The position numbers were made by a program, and so were the translations under genes. A stretch of DNA of 63,668 nucleotides, the filler included, from Octopus bimaculoides (taxonomy: Eukaryota): assembly GCF_001194135.2 (NCBI RefSeq). It is 8 parts of 7 records of this genome, joined end to end, with 100 filler letters (N's around TTAATTAATTAA, not from the genome) between each part and the next. Parts side by side here need not be neighbours in the genome. Positions count along the whole stretch, not along the records: positions 1 to 21,429 come from NC_068984.1; positions 21,530 to 32,104 come from NC_068982.1; 6 more parts are not named here. One strand, 5' to 3'. The notes below the pieces were generated by a model that worked only from the letters and a program-made list of their open reading frames with translations, was not told the DNA's origin and did no database searches. The stretch's first letter is position 1, and the number at the start of each line of letters is the position of its first letter. Positions 13,873 through 25,110 of this stretch are shown one piece after another.

Positions 13873-16279
13873 CGTGCGTGAGTGTGTGTGTGTAAGAGTG
13901 AGAGAGAGAGAGAAAGAGAGACAAAGAGAGGGAGGAAGGTGAATATTAATTTGTGTATGCGAAAATGAGTGCCAAAATAAAGAAAACCCACTTGAAAGTG
14001 GTATCACTTCTCAATTGGAGTTATTTATGTAACTGCATGTGTCGTATTTGGAATGTAGTTGCTGTTTATCATAGGAAACAGAAACAGCTGAGAACTAGCA
14101 GAAAAGTTAAGCAAATACGTCGGAAATTACCAATCAATGATTTATAAGGATGCTGTTGTTATTATTATCAAGGCGTTGAGAGCGATGAATTGATACTAAA
14201 TACCTTACAGTATTTCTTTCGGCGCTTTCCTTCTGAGTTCAAGTCCCAGTGGGGTTAACTGACCCTTTCATTATGCTGGGATCAATAAAAGAAATCTCCC
14301 GTCAAGAACTGAGATAAATATGAATCAGGTAGCTCCACCCTCAATTCCACCTCATCAAATTTGTGATCAATGTTAAAAATTGTTTAGTGGTAGTAGATGG
14401 CAGAATCGATAAAGCATCAGATGAAATACCTTGTGGTATTTAGTTACAGCCCTTTTATGTCCTGTGTTTAGACACCACAACCCCCGCCGCGTTAAGTTTG
14501 TCTTTCAGCCCTCTGAAAGTTATATGTACCGGAATCGATTTAATCGACTGATCCTCCCCTCAAAATTTATGAATCTAGTGCGTCAATCAGAAATTGTTAT
14601 TTCTGCAGCTGCAGCGTGGTGTATGATAAGACGTCCCATTACTTCGGAGTTCAAATTCCGCCAATGTTGACTTTGCTATTTATGTTTTCTGAAAACTTGT
14701 AAAACCTTTTTCTATTAGCCAAGCTAATGGACTCGACCACCAAATTCTGTCAAATGTTAGAAAGCTAAACGGGGTGATGTTTGTGAAAGTGATTGCTGCT
14801 GAGGGCATCACCACCACTACCACCAACAAGAACAACATGGGCACCTATACGCGGAATCGAACTCGTTTACCAACTTATTGTCTTTAGGGTATAAGAAAAC
14901 GGTTTTTTGGGAGTTCGTTTCTTTCATAACATATTATGGAAATAAACGGAAAGGAGTTTAGTGATGCAAGCTCGGTGCGCATCATTTTTTAGAGATAAGA
15001 TTTGGTTTCATGAATTATTATTGCTGTTTAATTCCGGGTAAAAGACCAAATCTATGATGAAAGATACTCAAGCTATTACCATCCCGTCTTTCTTTTAGAT
15101 ACTGTATCTAGGACTAGTGCATTCAAGACCATATAATTTAATTTGTCACTCGTTTTTCAAGATGTGTGGAGTGTAATTTGAGAAAAATTTGACTCTTACT
15201 TATTGCAGGCTGGACGAGCACGTAGAACCTCCTTTTTTGGCAAGATTTCAAAAATGTTTTGTTGAAGTTATCCTGAAGCGGGAGAATATTTACAGTATTT
15301 TTGACCAAAACACTGCAAGTATTCACCCTTTAGGTTCAAATGCTGTTGAAAATTCATGATCAGAATTATGAAATTTGTGTTAATTTCACATTTATAATGC
15401 GAGTGAAATATGACTGAAAAATTACCTTTTCACCTATATGCTTCTGTTTTATAGCTCCTAAAATTATCTCCTTCGACAAAGACTCAGTTTGTTTTAATAT
15501 TTACCTTTTTTCATTGTTGAACGACAACAATTAAATTCAATTCCCGCCTTATGTATATTTACTTCTTTTTTCCGCCCCCTGCTTTTGTACTCTGATTTTC
15601 AGGTCTTTAGTTTGTTTTCTGGTTCAGGATAGACGTCCTGACTTGTTCTGTCTACTTTCCGAATTGTTTCCTCTTTCGGTCGCTTATGTACAACACTTGA
15701 TCTTCGTTGTACATGTTGATTTTACGTGCTGGTCTTCTCTTGTTTTAAACTGTAACAAGTCTTCCTTTAAACTTCACATTTTCTCCGTCTGTCACCATTC
15801 GCTATCACCTGTTGCTCTTGACTCTTGTTCGTCTAATCATTAACCTTCTCTCTCTCTCTCTCTCTCTCTCGCTCGCTCGCTTGCTCTCTCCTTTTCTCTT
15901 CCCTTTCTTCTACTCTCAACTCACCTTCTTGTTCACTTTTATGTTTGTCCACCTTCTATTGTCATCGACCCTTCACTTCGACCCTTCTGCTTATCCAGTA
16001 CTTCACCCGTCGTCTGAGTTTTTTCTTTGTTTAACGACGGAATTTTGTAGTTTTCTTCTATGTTATATGCTTCTTCTTTTTTCCTACTTGTTAGTATTAC
16101 AATTTCCTTTTTATTTCCTTACTTTTGCTTCACATTGTCTAGTCTTGTATTTCTGTTGGTTCATTTCTGTTTATCTTTCCTGACATCGCTCACCTTTGTT
16201 TTCAGTCTCCCCCCTCTCTCTCGTTCTCGCTCCCCTTCGCTGTGTGTATATACTTATATATATATATATATATGTGTTT

Positions 16280-16328
<49 letters not shown>

Positions 16329-16656
16329 CGTATGCATTTATGTGTGTGTATGTATCTATGTATGTACATGTGTGTATGTGGGCGTGTGTATGTATAATCT
16401 CCTTTCGTCTCTTTTCGCTATCTATCTATTTGTCATTCTCTCTCTATTTCATTGTATAGTCTTTTTCTTTTCTATTATTCTTTCTTTTCACACTGGTTCC
16501 CATTTTCTTCCTATGTTTGTGTTTGTTATTGATGTGCATACATATAAGAAAAGTACATATTCACACAAACACACACACACACACACACATCTTCTCCAGG
16601 AATATATATATATATATAACAAAAGAGTGGGTGTATTTCCACGCAGGAAAAAATAT

Positions 16657-17262
16657 AGGCAAATTTGTTGTTGAAAATGCACCTAAATTTGAAAACCTTG
16701 TAATTGTCTAAAATAAATTTATTTACATATATACCAAACTAGTATCAACAATATTTTTTGTTTATCAACGGTAAAATTTTAGACTTATGCATTAGAAAAA
16801 CATGTTTAAAAGTTTCAATGTTGACAAGTTTAAATGTTCATAACAGTCAATAATATAAAAATTATGCATCAACTTGTTTAAATGTACAAAGTTTATTAGT
16901 GTTAGTAGTGATCGACAAGTAATAAATATCATCAATGTTTTAGTTATACTGAGTTAAGAGGGAGAAAAACAAGGGAGAAATAAAGATGGTAAAAAAAGGG
17001 ATTCGGTTTACAATTTCTCTGATTCTCTTTCCGTCGTGTGGAGGAACTTTCGCTTGTAACGGTGTGTTTTGGAATCCGATGTATTTAAACTTGTCAACAT
17101 TGAAACTTTTAAACATGTTTTTCTAATTCGTAATTCTAAATTTTTACCATTGATAAACAAAAAATATTGTTGAAACTAGTTTGGTATATATGTAAATAAA
17201 TTTATTTTAAACATTTACAAGTTTTTTTAAATTCAGGTACATTTTCAACAACAAATGTACCT
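16657..17262. mobile_element. Foldback element with ~180-bp inverted arms
   Basis: 16657-16835 is the reverse complement of 17083-17262 with few mismatches; ~250-bp spacer. Confidence 0.85.
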
Positions 17263-17275
17263 CTATAAATATATA

Positions 17276-17333
<58 letters not shown>

Positions 17334-17844
17334 GGAGCATCCGTCGTTCAAGGATAACCATTTGTCTGCATCTGCACGCCCGTGCAAGATTTTTGTAGAA
17401 GAATGGCCGTTGCCCATTCCTGCAAGCTTCCTTTCCCCATTGGTTTCAGTAGCATCGCAAGTATTTCTTTCAAAACGCAAAGGACCGAAACAGATATCAT
17501 CAGGCATCTCGTCCGATATTCTAGTAGTTCTTCTGATCTACTGCTCTGGATTCTTACTCTTCTCTCGACCCTGAAAGAGCTAAAAAGCAAAATTGATCTC
17601 AACGGTATTTTAACAATATATATTGTACGTGGTCGCACCAGTTTTATCCTGCTTTAACCTCCTACACTTCGGACTTACTTCTACCTGAAATTTCTGCACC
17701 TCTCCTCATCTACTCACCAGCATTCCACCTGGAGTACTACTGGATTTACATATGAATTTCACTGGATTCTTCCATTGACGAAAAATCGATCCAATACACC
17801 ACGACGTTTGAACCTTTTTGAACTGTTTTTAACTTTCTGTTTTT

Positions 17845-18010
17845 CAGTTCTATATTTAAGAGACGATGAATTATGTACATTATTTACATTATTTATATTT
17901 GACGGATATTTGTCCTCATCTTGTTTATTGTTAACACAACGTTTCGGCTGATATACCCTCCAGCCTTCATCAAGTGTGAACTTGGGTTCTCATTCCTGAG
18001 GTATTTTCGA
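17845..18010 (-). mobile_element. PLE pseudo-LTR-like repeat segment
   Basis: Contains tgatgaaggctg..cagccgaaacgttgtgtt on the minus strand, an end pattern typical of Penelope repeats. Confidence 0.5.
17933..17978 (-). ncRNA. Minimal type I hammerhead-like motif, damaged at C3
   Basis: cacac TTGATGA a GGCTG gagggtatat CAGCC GAA ACGT T gtgtt: 4-bp helix I, 5-bp helix II, helix III reduced to the palindrome ACGT. Confidence 0.45.
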
Positions 18011-18412
18011 TATTATTATTATTATTATTGTTGTTCAGTAGTTTTATTTTTATAACGTGCTTTCACTTCACTACCGAGTGCAGCTCTGTGCGCCTTGGGT
18101 ATGTACTGTGGTTTGCTGTGATGCTCTTATGCTTACTGTATTGAAAGTGTTTTGCGTAGGATGTGTGCAGTGCCCAGTAGTGCAATTTTCTGTATGTTAT
18201 ATATATTTGTAAGTCCTGGTTTTTTTGTTATGTATTTGTCTGAATATTTTTTTTATTATACCTAAGGCACCTACTATGATAGGAATTGTTTCTGTTTTTA
18301 GATTCCACATTCGAGTTACCTCTATTTCCAGGTCTTTGTATTTTGAAATTTTTTCCATTTCTTTTAGGGAAACGTTGTCATCTGCTGGTATTGATACATC
18401 AATTAGAAAGTA
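18011..18412 (-). mobile_element. 5'-truncated R4/Dong-type (RLE) LINE 3' end
   Basis: FLIDVSIPADDNVSLKEMEKISKYKDLEIEVTRMWNLKTETIPIIVGALG, frameshift, ..KIALLGTAHILRKTLSIQ*; (TAA)n tail at 18011-18034 and a (TAA)n run at ~18449-18497. Confidence 0.85.
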
Positions 18413-18445
18413 TTTTTTTCTTTTCTTCTTTTTTTCTTCTTTTTC

Positions 18446-18497
<52 letters not shown>

Positions 18498-18749
18498 GTT
18501 GTTGTTGTTATTGTTTTCAAACTGGACGGACGTGTCTCCAGAAGCTGTAAGTTTTTGGCCAATTTTTACTGGAAATATTGTGGAACACCTTTATATTTTT
18601 TAATATTTCTGTAGCCAAACCGACCGGTCTCTTGCTGAGCTAGTCGGTTAGGCGGAATTTTCTCCTTTTAGGGGCGAAATTTTCGTTTCAAAAAATTTGA
18701 AATTTTGTATTGAAACTTACATATTTTGCCAAAATGTCTTTGAAGAGAA

Positions 18750-20745
18750 CAGTAAGCTGTTCCCTTCTTTCACCAAGACCAACAACTAAACCCATTGTAA
18801 CGGTTTCGCATCCGCAGCTAAGCAAAGTTCGGAGGAAATCAACGTTACAATGGATGAAATAAAAAATGCAAAGAAGTTGTTAAGGAAGGATAGAAACAAT
18901 GTCTTCCTTAATACTCCACAACAATTAATACAACAGACCAACAAAAAGACAATAATCTACAAAATCTTTAATATCCAACATAAAAAAATTGAAGGGGCAA
19001 CTCCACAGCAGTTGGAGATAGCACTGAAGCCCATATGGGGCAAAAAATCTTTCGTTACCAAGGGGAAGCGATTTGGAACAGTAGAAGTTCGCTTCTCAAC
19101 TGAAGAGGATTCAAAACAGCATTCAACAACACCCCTCAAAACTGAGGATTTGCTGCTCGTGCCGACATACCTTGGTCGGCACGTAACCAAGATAAAAATT
19201 GAACTAGTGCCTCCTGAATTAAATATATACTGGCTAGTGGCAGCTGTTCTCTTCGACATAGAAGACACTGCCACTATTTTGGAAATACACAAATTGCACA
19301 GCCAAAACTGGTCGGGTATGGGTATGTAGCTCCTTGTTCAAATTGACCAAGAAAGCATAAATGCCATACCCGACTCTATAAATTTGCCGGACGGCACAAG
19401 GCTGTATGTTGCTGTAGAGGGGCGAAGACCAAAGTGCTGCCTCTGCAGCAGCGAAAAGCATTTGAAAGTAGATTGATCCATTTATAAGGAAAGAATGGAG
19501 GCGGAGAGAAAAAAGAAGTCGTCAGAATCATCTCCAGCGCAGCAGCAACAACATCAACAACAGGAGATGCAGCGGAAGCAGAAAACGAAAGCTTCCGCAC
19601 CACCAACACCACCACCAAAAGCGACACCACCTCCAACCATCACCAGACCGACACCAACAACAATGGTACCGAACAACAGATAAAACTGCATTTAAAAATA
19701 CTGAAACAGACCCCAATGACATCCCCTTCCCCGACCCAATCAACTCGGACAGTGCGAGCAGTGATAGTGAGAAAGGGGAGTGGCACACAGTGCCACCGAA
19801 AAAGAAAAGAAAGAAGAAGTGTAAAGAAACGGCTGACAAACTGGAGAGGCGCGAGAAAATAGAGCTTCCCAACAACATGCACTCGCAACACTTAGCAACA
19901 CCTTCTCCAGCACTACCACCACAAACACCAACACAAATTACAACACACACAGACACCACCACCACCAAGACCAACATCACAGTAATAAACACGAACAATG
20001 AACATCTTGTCACGTACTTGAAAGAAAATACAGACACTACAATGGCAGATTTTGTCATGCCCACACACAACTCACCACCAGCACACATACTCACTTTGAA
20101 AATATCTAGTGAGAACTACGAAATAATTAAGATCAAATTTACAAACGATGTTGGGTCGCTCGGAAAAAATTCCTCGAAAAACCTTTACAAAAATCTGGTG
20201 GAAATACCCAAACAAAAGGGAACCACCCCACCAGACAACGGTGGTAAGTAGAGCTTTTTTCTCTTTCGTAAATCTTTTTGAAACATGGTTGTGCTCAGAG
20301 TCGGTAGCATAAATGTGAGAGGCCGCGGGTCACCTTGTAAACAAGGTCACCTCTTAAACGACCAGAGGTCTTACAGTGTGGATGTAGCAGCCATTAGCGA
20401 AACCAGGCTCTCCGACCCGCGGGAACTCGCAGCTCTTTTCGGTGAGGTGGTTCGGTGGACCCGTTTGAAAAGGCTAAAGTCAAACACTTTCCTCTTTGGC
20501 CAAGGCCTCATCAACTTTTTAAGTTCCACCTGAAAAGGAAGGTGAGAGTGGAGAGGGAAGTGTTGGCTTGTAGCAAATTTGTTGACAGGTGGGTGAATGT
20601 CGGAAGAATGGCCAGTATGAATAGACCAATTCTGAGATTACACCTGTAAAAAAAGGAATATGAAAGGGGAAGGGGATCTCTCCCCGTCTTTTGACCAGGC
20701 TCCCGTGGCTTTTATGGGGTTTTCCACGAGAAACCTTTCAAAGCG
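18750..20745 (+). mobile_element. Tx1/L1-type LINE with ORF1 and an internally deleted ORF2
   Basis: ORF1 18850-20251 has stops, a frameshift and a CX2CX4HX4C knuckle at 19435-19476 (last C is TGA). ORF2 start MVVLRVGSINVRG..DVAAISETRL at 20285 is joined at ~20444 to the C-terminus (EVVRWTRLK..KFHLKRKVRVER..RWVNVGRM, stop at 20649). Confidence 0.85.
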
Positions 20746-21429
20746 CAGTTTTTGGTCATATTCTCTTTTATTGGTGGTTTTACTCGAAGGAGATGTTTGC
20801 GAAGTGTTGTATTACTCTTGAATATTGTCCTGATGTCATATGGGCCGCATATCTTTTGTATCTTTTCGGAGAGGCCTTTCACATGGGGTAGACCGACTGT
20901 GGACAATTTATTGGTTTCATCCTCTCTCTTCTTCATAATTGGAGTGGATAGTATACTTTTGGGGCAATTGTTGCTTAATAGATTGTTATTGAGCTTTATC
21001 ATTTCTTCGTGGTGGGTATCACGATCGCTACTTATATTCATTGCTCGATGTTTTAAGCACTGAGCAATCCCTCTCTTTACACTGTATGGATGATGGGAAT
21101 TGAAGTTGAGGCATCGTCCAGTGAAGGTCGGCTTGCGATATACGGATGTCCTGGATCCATACTTGATGCGTGTTATTAATACGTCCAGGAATGCTAGCTG
21201 ATTGTCTTTTTCCTTTTCCATTGTGAACTGTATGGATGGTTTTATTGAGTTTTCATGATCTAACAGCACTTAGGCATCTTCCTGGTTGGGCCAGAGTATA
21301 AAGGTGTCATCAACATATTGCAGCCATAGGGTTGATTTTAGTGGTGCTGATCCTAAAGCCAAATTCTCAAAGTATATCATGTATATATTGGCTATTTTCG
21401 GTGATAATGGCGAACCCATAGCTAAAGCC
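20745..21429 (-). mobile_element. Penelope-like element RT core and thumb fragment
   Basis: GLAMGSPLSPKIANIYM..WLQYVDDTFILW, then IQFTMEKEKDNQLAFLDVLI..VYRKPTFTGRCLNFNSHHP..KNC; cut off by a linker gap. Confidence 0.92.
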
Positions 21430-21529
21430 NNNNNNNNNNNNNNNNNNNNNNNNNNNNNNNNNNNNNNNNNNNNTTAATTAATTAANNNNNNNNNNNNNNN
21501 NNNNNNNNNNNNNNNNNNNNNNNNNNNNN
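21430..21529. other. Artificial 100-bp scaffold linker N44-TTAATTAATTAA-N44 (assembly artefact)
   Basis: Identical structure at 32105, 44387, 52811, 56050, 59800 and 61900; the 12-mer has stop codons in all six frames. Confidence 0.95.
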
Positions 21530-21739
21530 GCGATTGTTATCAAGTGAACGATATTTCAGCATCTAGTGTGCCTTCCAATATCGTTCACTTTTTTTTTTGC
21601 TTCTGTATGCCTACTGGAGGAGTTACCTCAGTCCTATAAAATGTTACCAAAAAATGAAGTAGATTGACAAGTTTATTTTTTAACCCGTGGAAGGCACACT
21701 AGATGCCGAAATATCGTTCACTTGATAACAATGGCACTC

Positions 21740-21740
<1 letters not shown>
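21530..21740. mobile_element. MITE with 47-bp or longer TIRs
   Basis: 21531-21577 is the reverse complement of 21688-21734 (2 mismatches); left end runs into a gap; right end is followed by (TAA)n. Confidence 0.75.
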
Positions 21741-21789
<49 letters not shown>

Positions 21790-21838
21790 GAACACCCCTT
21801 CCACGTGATGAGCGGTATGTGGTAGTGGTTACAAATAC

Positions 21839-22150
21839 TGTGACGTCGAGAAGTCGGCATAGTCGGTCATAGATAGTCGTGTTTTCCTTGTCTAACTAAT
21901 TATACTGCTATACCAGAGTGGACGTTATAACAGTCCGACGTTGGGTTACAACAGTGGCAACGAGGAATTAACAAATTCACGAAGATTAAATAAACCCACA
22001 AGGAGTTACGAAACTCACAAAAGGTTTTGTGCGAATTTTGCGGTATACAAAATCGTAAAATTATGGAAGAATTTTTGGCCGGTTTGCTCGAGTTGCAAAA
22101 GCAGCAACAACAACAGTTACTATTACATATGACTGAATATATTACACCCC
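21839..22150 (+). mobile_element. Probable Gypsy-type LTR element 5' end (short LTR, PBS, gag start)
   Basis: TGT..ACA segment 21839-21953, PBS-like TGGCAACGAGG at 21955-21965, then MEEFLAGLLELQKQQQQQLLLHM from 22063; no second LTR seen. Confidence 0.45.
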
Positions 22151-22159
22151 ACCCAAAAA

Positions 22160-22590
22160 AACTATCTCTCTTGTAGTCCTGCTGATGATGTGAATATACG
22201 TGTGTATAGTTTCATATGCTTTTATATAATAGAGCTCCACGAGCTTTACATGCCTTTACAAAGTAGAAACACTATATATTTCGAACAGCTATACCTCTTG
22301 CAGGCTTGCCGATAACACGAATATTACGTGCGTAAAGTTTTATATGCCTTTATACGTATAGTATATAGCAGAAAAACTATATTTCGAACAAATAACTCTC
22401 TTACAGTCCAGCTGATGGTACGAACATACGTGTGTATAATTTTATATGGAAAATCCGTAATATATTATAGCAAAAACCACAATATATTTCGAAAACTGTC
22501 TGTCTTGCGGTCTTGCTGCTGATACGAATATACGTGTGTATAATTTACATGCAGAACATGCATATAGCAGAAACACTAGCTTGTCGATGA
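22160..22590. repeat. Degenerate tandem repeat, 4 units of ~103-127 bp
   Basis: Anchor gaa(t/c)atacgtgtgtata at 22192, 22319, 22422 and 22526; atatttcgaa recurs between anchors. Confidence 0.75.
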
Positions 22591-22761
22591 AAAATATGTA
22601 TTTTAATTTAACATGTATCTTATGATTAATTTTCATTTCATTCAATTTACATGAGATATTTTATAAATTATTATTTGACATACTTCAAAGATGCTCTAGA
22701 GATTCTGATATAAGAATTTTATTCACGAGATCGAAGCTATAATTCATATTTTTATATTTTG

Positions 22762-23131
22762 CTTGTCCCAGTCATTGGCCTATGGTCATGTTGGGGCACG
22801 ACTGAAGGGCTTTTTTTTAACTGGGAAAATCTCCCCCCGCCCCAGGTACTTATTTTTAAGTTTGATACTTATTATTGATTCTCTTTTGTCAAACCACAAC
22901 ATTATGAGGATGTAAACAACAACACCGGTTGTTAAGCGCTTTAGAAGGGGGAAACACAACCACAAAGACACACGCACATATACAGCGGGCTTCCACACAG
23001 TTTTCGTCTACTAGGTCCACTCAGAAGTTATTGTTCCGCCCGAAGCTATAGAGAAGACACCTGCCCAAGGTACTGCGCGGTGAGACCAAGCAGTTGGAAA
23101 GTGAGTTTCTTAACTACACAGTCATGCCTGT
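22762..23131 (-). mobile_element. SINE family B, diverged full-length copy
   Basis: Reverse-complement matches to both the head and the 3' half of family B. Confidence 0.7.
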
Positions 23132-23658
23132 CAATATTCATTGTCAAATACTCCAGGAGCCTATTTCTACGGTAATCTATGGACGCATTTCAACAGAACT
23201 AAGTAAAGCAACAGCAATATTACATAAAATACATTAACTTCACCGAATGAACTGAAAATCGATCATAATATAAAATTATTTAAATTAAAATACATTTTTA
23301 TATTTTAGAATATATTAATTCAAGTTTCCGTGAGAGAAACGCATGTTTCCGTGAGAGAAATATACACATGCATGTTTACGTCATCAATAGGCTCACATGA
23401 CAGAGAGAATTGTTCTAAATAAAGCTGTTTGGTATATGCACTAGTGTCACCAGTCACATGACTGGTAACTAATATCAGGAAATATGGCACACATACAATT
23501 ATTATGACAATTATTAACTTTTATCAAATTTGCTGGTGCTTGAGATTAAATGAAATAAATTTCTCATTTGCCTATAACTACTCTGTCATTTACTCCCTCT
23601 TCTTTTTTCTCCTCCTCCTCCTCCTCCTCCTCCTATTTCTATAATTCTTTCTCTCTCG

Positions 23659-23695
<37 letters not shown>

Positions 23696-23886
23696 TGTGC
23701 GTGTATGTGTGCAGCGTTCCTTCACTCACTATCTGCCAGTAAGCCTCGTCTGTGCACTTATCCTGCACTTCATGTTATCCCTTTCTCAAATTCTCGTTTA
23801 TTCTTCGTTCCCTACTTCCTATACGGTGTGAAGCATAACTGGAGACATCAATCAGCAAACAAACAATATATATTTATTGCGGCTAT

Positions 23887-23989
23887 TATAGATGTTTTCG
23901 ATCTAGTTTGGATTCTTTGCCATCAAATTTGGTTGCAAAGAATTCAAATTTGATGGAAAAGAATCCAAACTAGATCGAAAACATCAATA
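23887..23989. repeat. Near-perfect hairpin with 41-bp arms and a 13-nt loop
   Basis: 23891-23931 versus 23945-23985, one mismatch. Confidence 0.9.
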
Positions 23990-24179
23990 TTAACCATTTT
24001 CATCTGAACTGGAGCAACGTGAAATGAAATACCTTGCTCAAGGACACAACGCATCCCCCAGTTCCAGGAACCGAAGGCACGACTTTATGATCGTGAGCCT
24101 AGTACCCTACCACTGGGCCACATGACTTTACCAGATGTACTAAGTATTTTTACTTGTTATTATTATTGTTATTATTATC

Positions 24180-24398
24180 AAAGTGGTGAGCTGGCAGAAT
24201 CGTTAGCACGCAGGACGAAATGCTTAATGGTATTTCGCCCGTTGTTACGCTCTGAGTTCAAATTCCGCCGAGGTTGACTTTGCCTTTCACCCTTTCTGGG
24301 TCGATGAATTAAGCATCAGTGAAACACTGGGGTCGATGTAATCGACTAGTCTCCTCCCCACCAAATTTCAGGCTTTGTGCCTTCAACAGAAAGGATTA
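24180..24398 (+). mobile_element. SINE family A
   Basis: gtggtgagctggcagaatcgttagcacg..ctgagttcaaattccgccgagg..ggggtcgatgtaatcgact. Confidence 0.85.
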
Positions 24399-24403
24399 TT
24401 ATT

Positions 24404-24550
24404 GCCGGGTTCCAACCCGGGCCGCTGCAACAAATTCCACCCACCACACTTCTCGGTCCAACATCACTGCCCTGAGGTCCTGGATACATTCCAGGCCAGT
24501 GTCTACAATGAAGTTGTAGATAGTCACAGTGGTCTTTGCCTGATCATCTC
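24404..24550 (-). mobile_element. LINE (RTE-like) 3' end fragment with (TAA)n tail
   Basis: Minus strand TVTIYNFIVDTGLECIQDLRAVMLDREVW, resembling the DTGL...DL..AM.DR..W end of RTE-type ORF2. Confidence 0.4.
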
Positions 24551-24654
24551 GCTAATTTTATCTGTAATGTCTTGTATTTTTTACCAGTAACTCAACTCAT
24601 TTATATGTACCCATTAGTTACCACCAACAAGCAATGACTACAGCATAAGTGTTA

Positions 24655-24858
24655 ACGGTTTCAAATTTTTGCACAAGGCCAGCAGTTTTTGAGGGGAGGA
24701 GAAGTCGATTACATAGACCCCAGTACTCAACTGATACTTATCTTAGTGACTCCGAGAAGATGTAAGATAAAATCGAATTTGAACTCAGAACGTAAAAACG
24801 GATGAAATGTCGTTAAGCATTTTGCCCGGCATGTTGATTCTACCAGATCGACGTCTTA
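24655..24858 (-). mobile_element. SINE family A, older copy
   Basis: Reverse-complement similarity to 24896-25110. Confidence 0.7.
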
Positions 24859-24895
24859 CTACAATCTAAGTGACAATATCCTTTCTACTACTATT

Positions 24896-25110
24896 AAGGC
24901 GGCGAGCTGGCAGAAACGTGAGCACGCCGGGCAAAATGCTTAGCGGTATTTGGTCTGTCTTTACGTTCTGAGTTCAAATTCAGCCGAGTTCAACTTATCC
25001 TTTCATCCTTTCGGGGTCGATAAATTAAGTACCAGTTGCGTACTGAGATCGATCTAATCGACTGGCCCCCTCCCCCAAAATTTCGGGCCTTGTATCTAGA
25101 GTAGAAAAGA
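24896..25110 (+). mobile_element. SINE family A, young copy
   Basis: aaggcggcgagctggcagaaacg..gttctgagttcaaatt..ggggtcgataaattaagtaccag. Confidence 0.9.

Noticed and set aside
21474-21485. TTAATTAATTAA recurring seven times between N runs
   Set aside because: Always N44-12mer-N44 (100 bp) with stops in six frames: an artificial scaffold linker. Adjacency across these points is uncertain.
22160-22590. CRISPR-like appearance of the periodic repeat
   Set aside because: Whole units are homologous and degenerate, there are no unique spacers or cas genes, and the context is eukaryotic.
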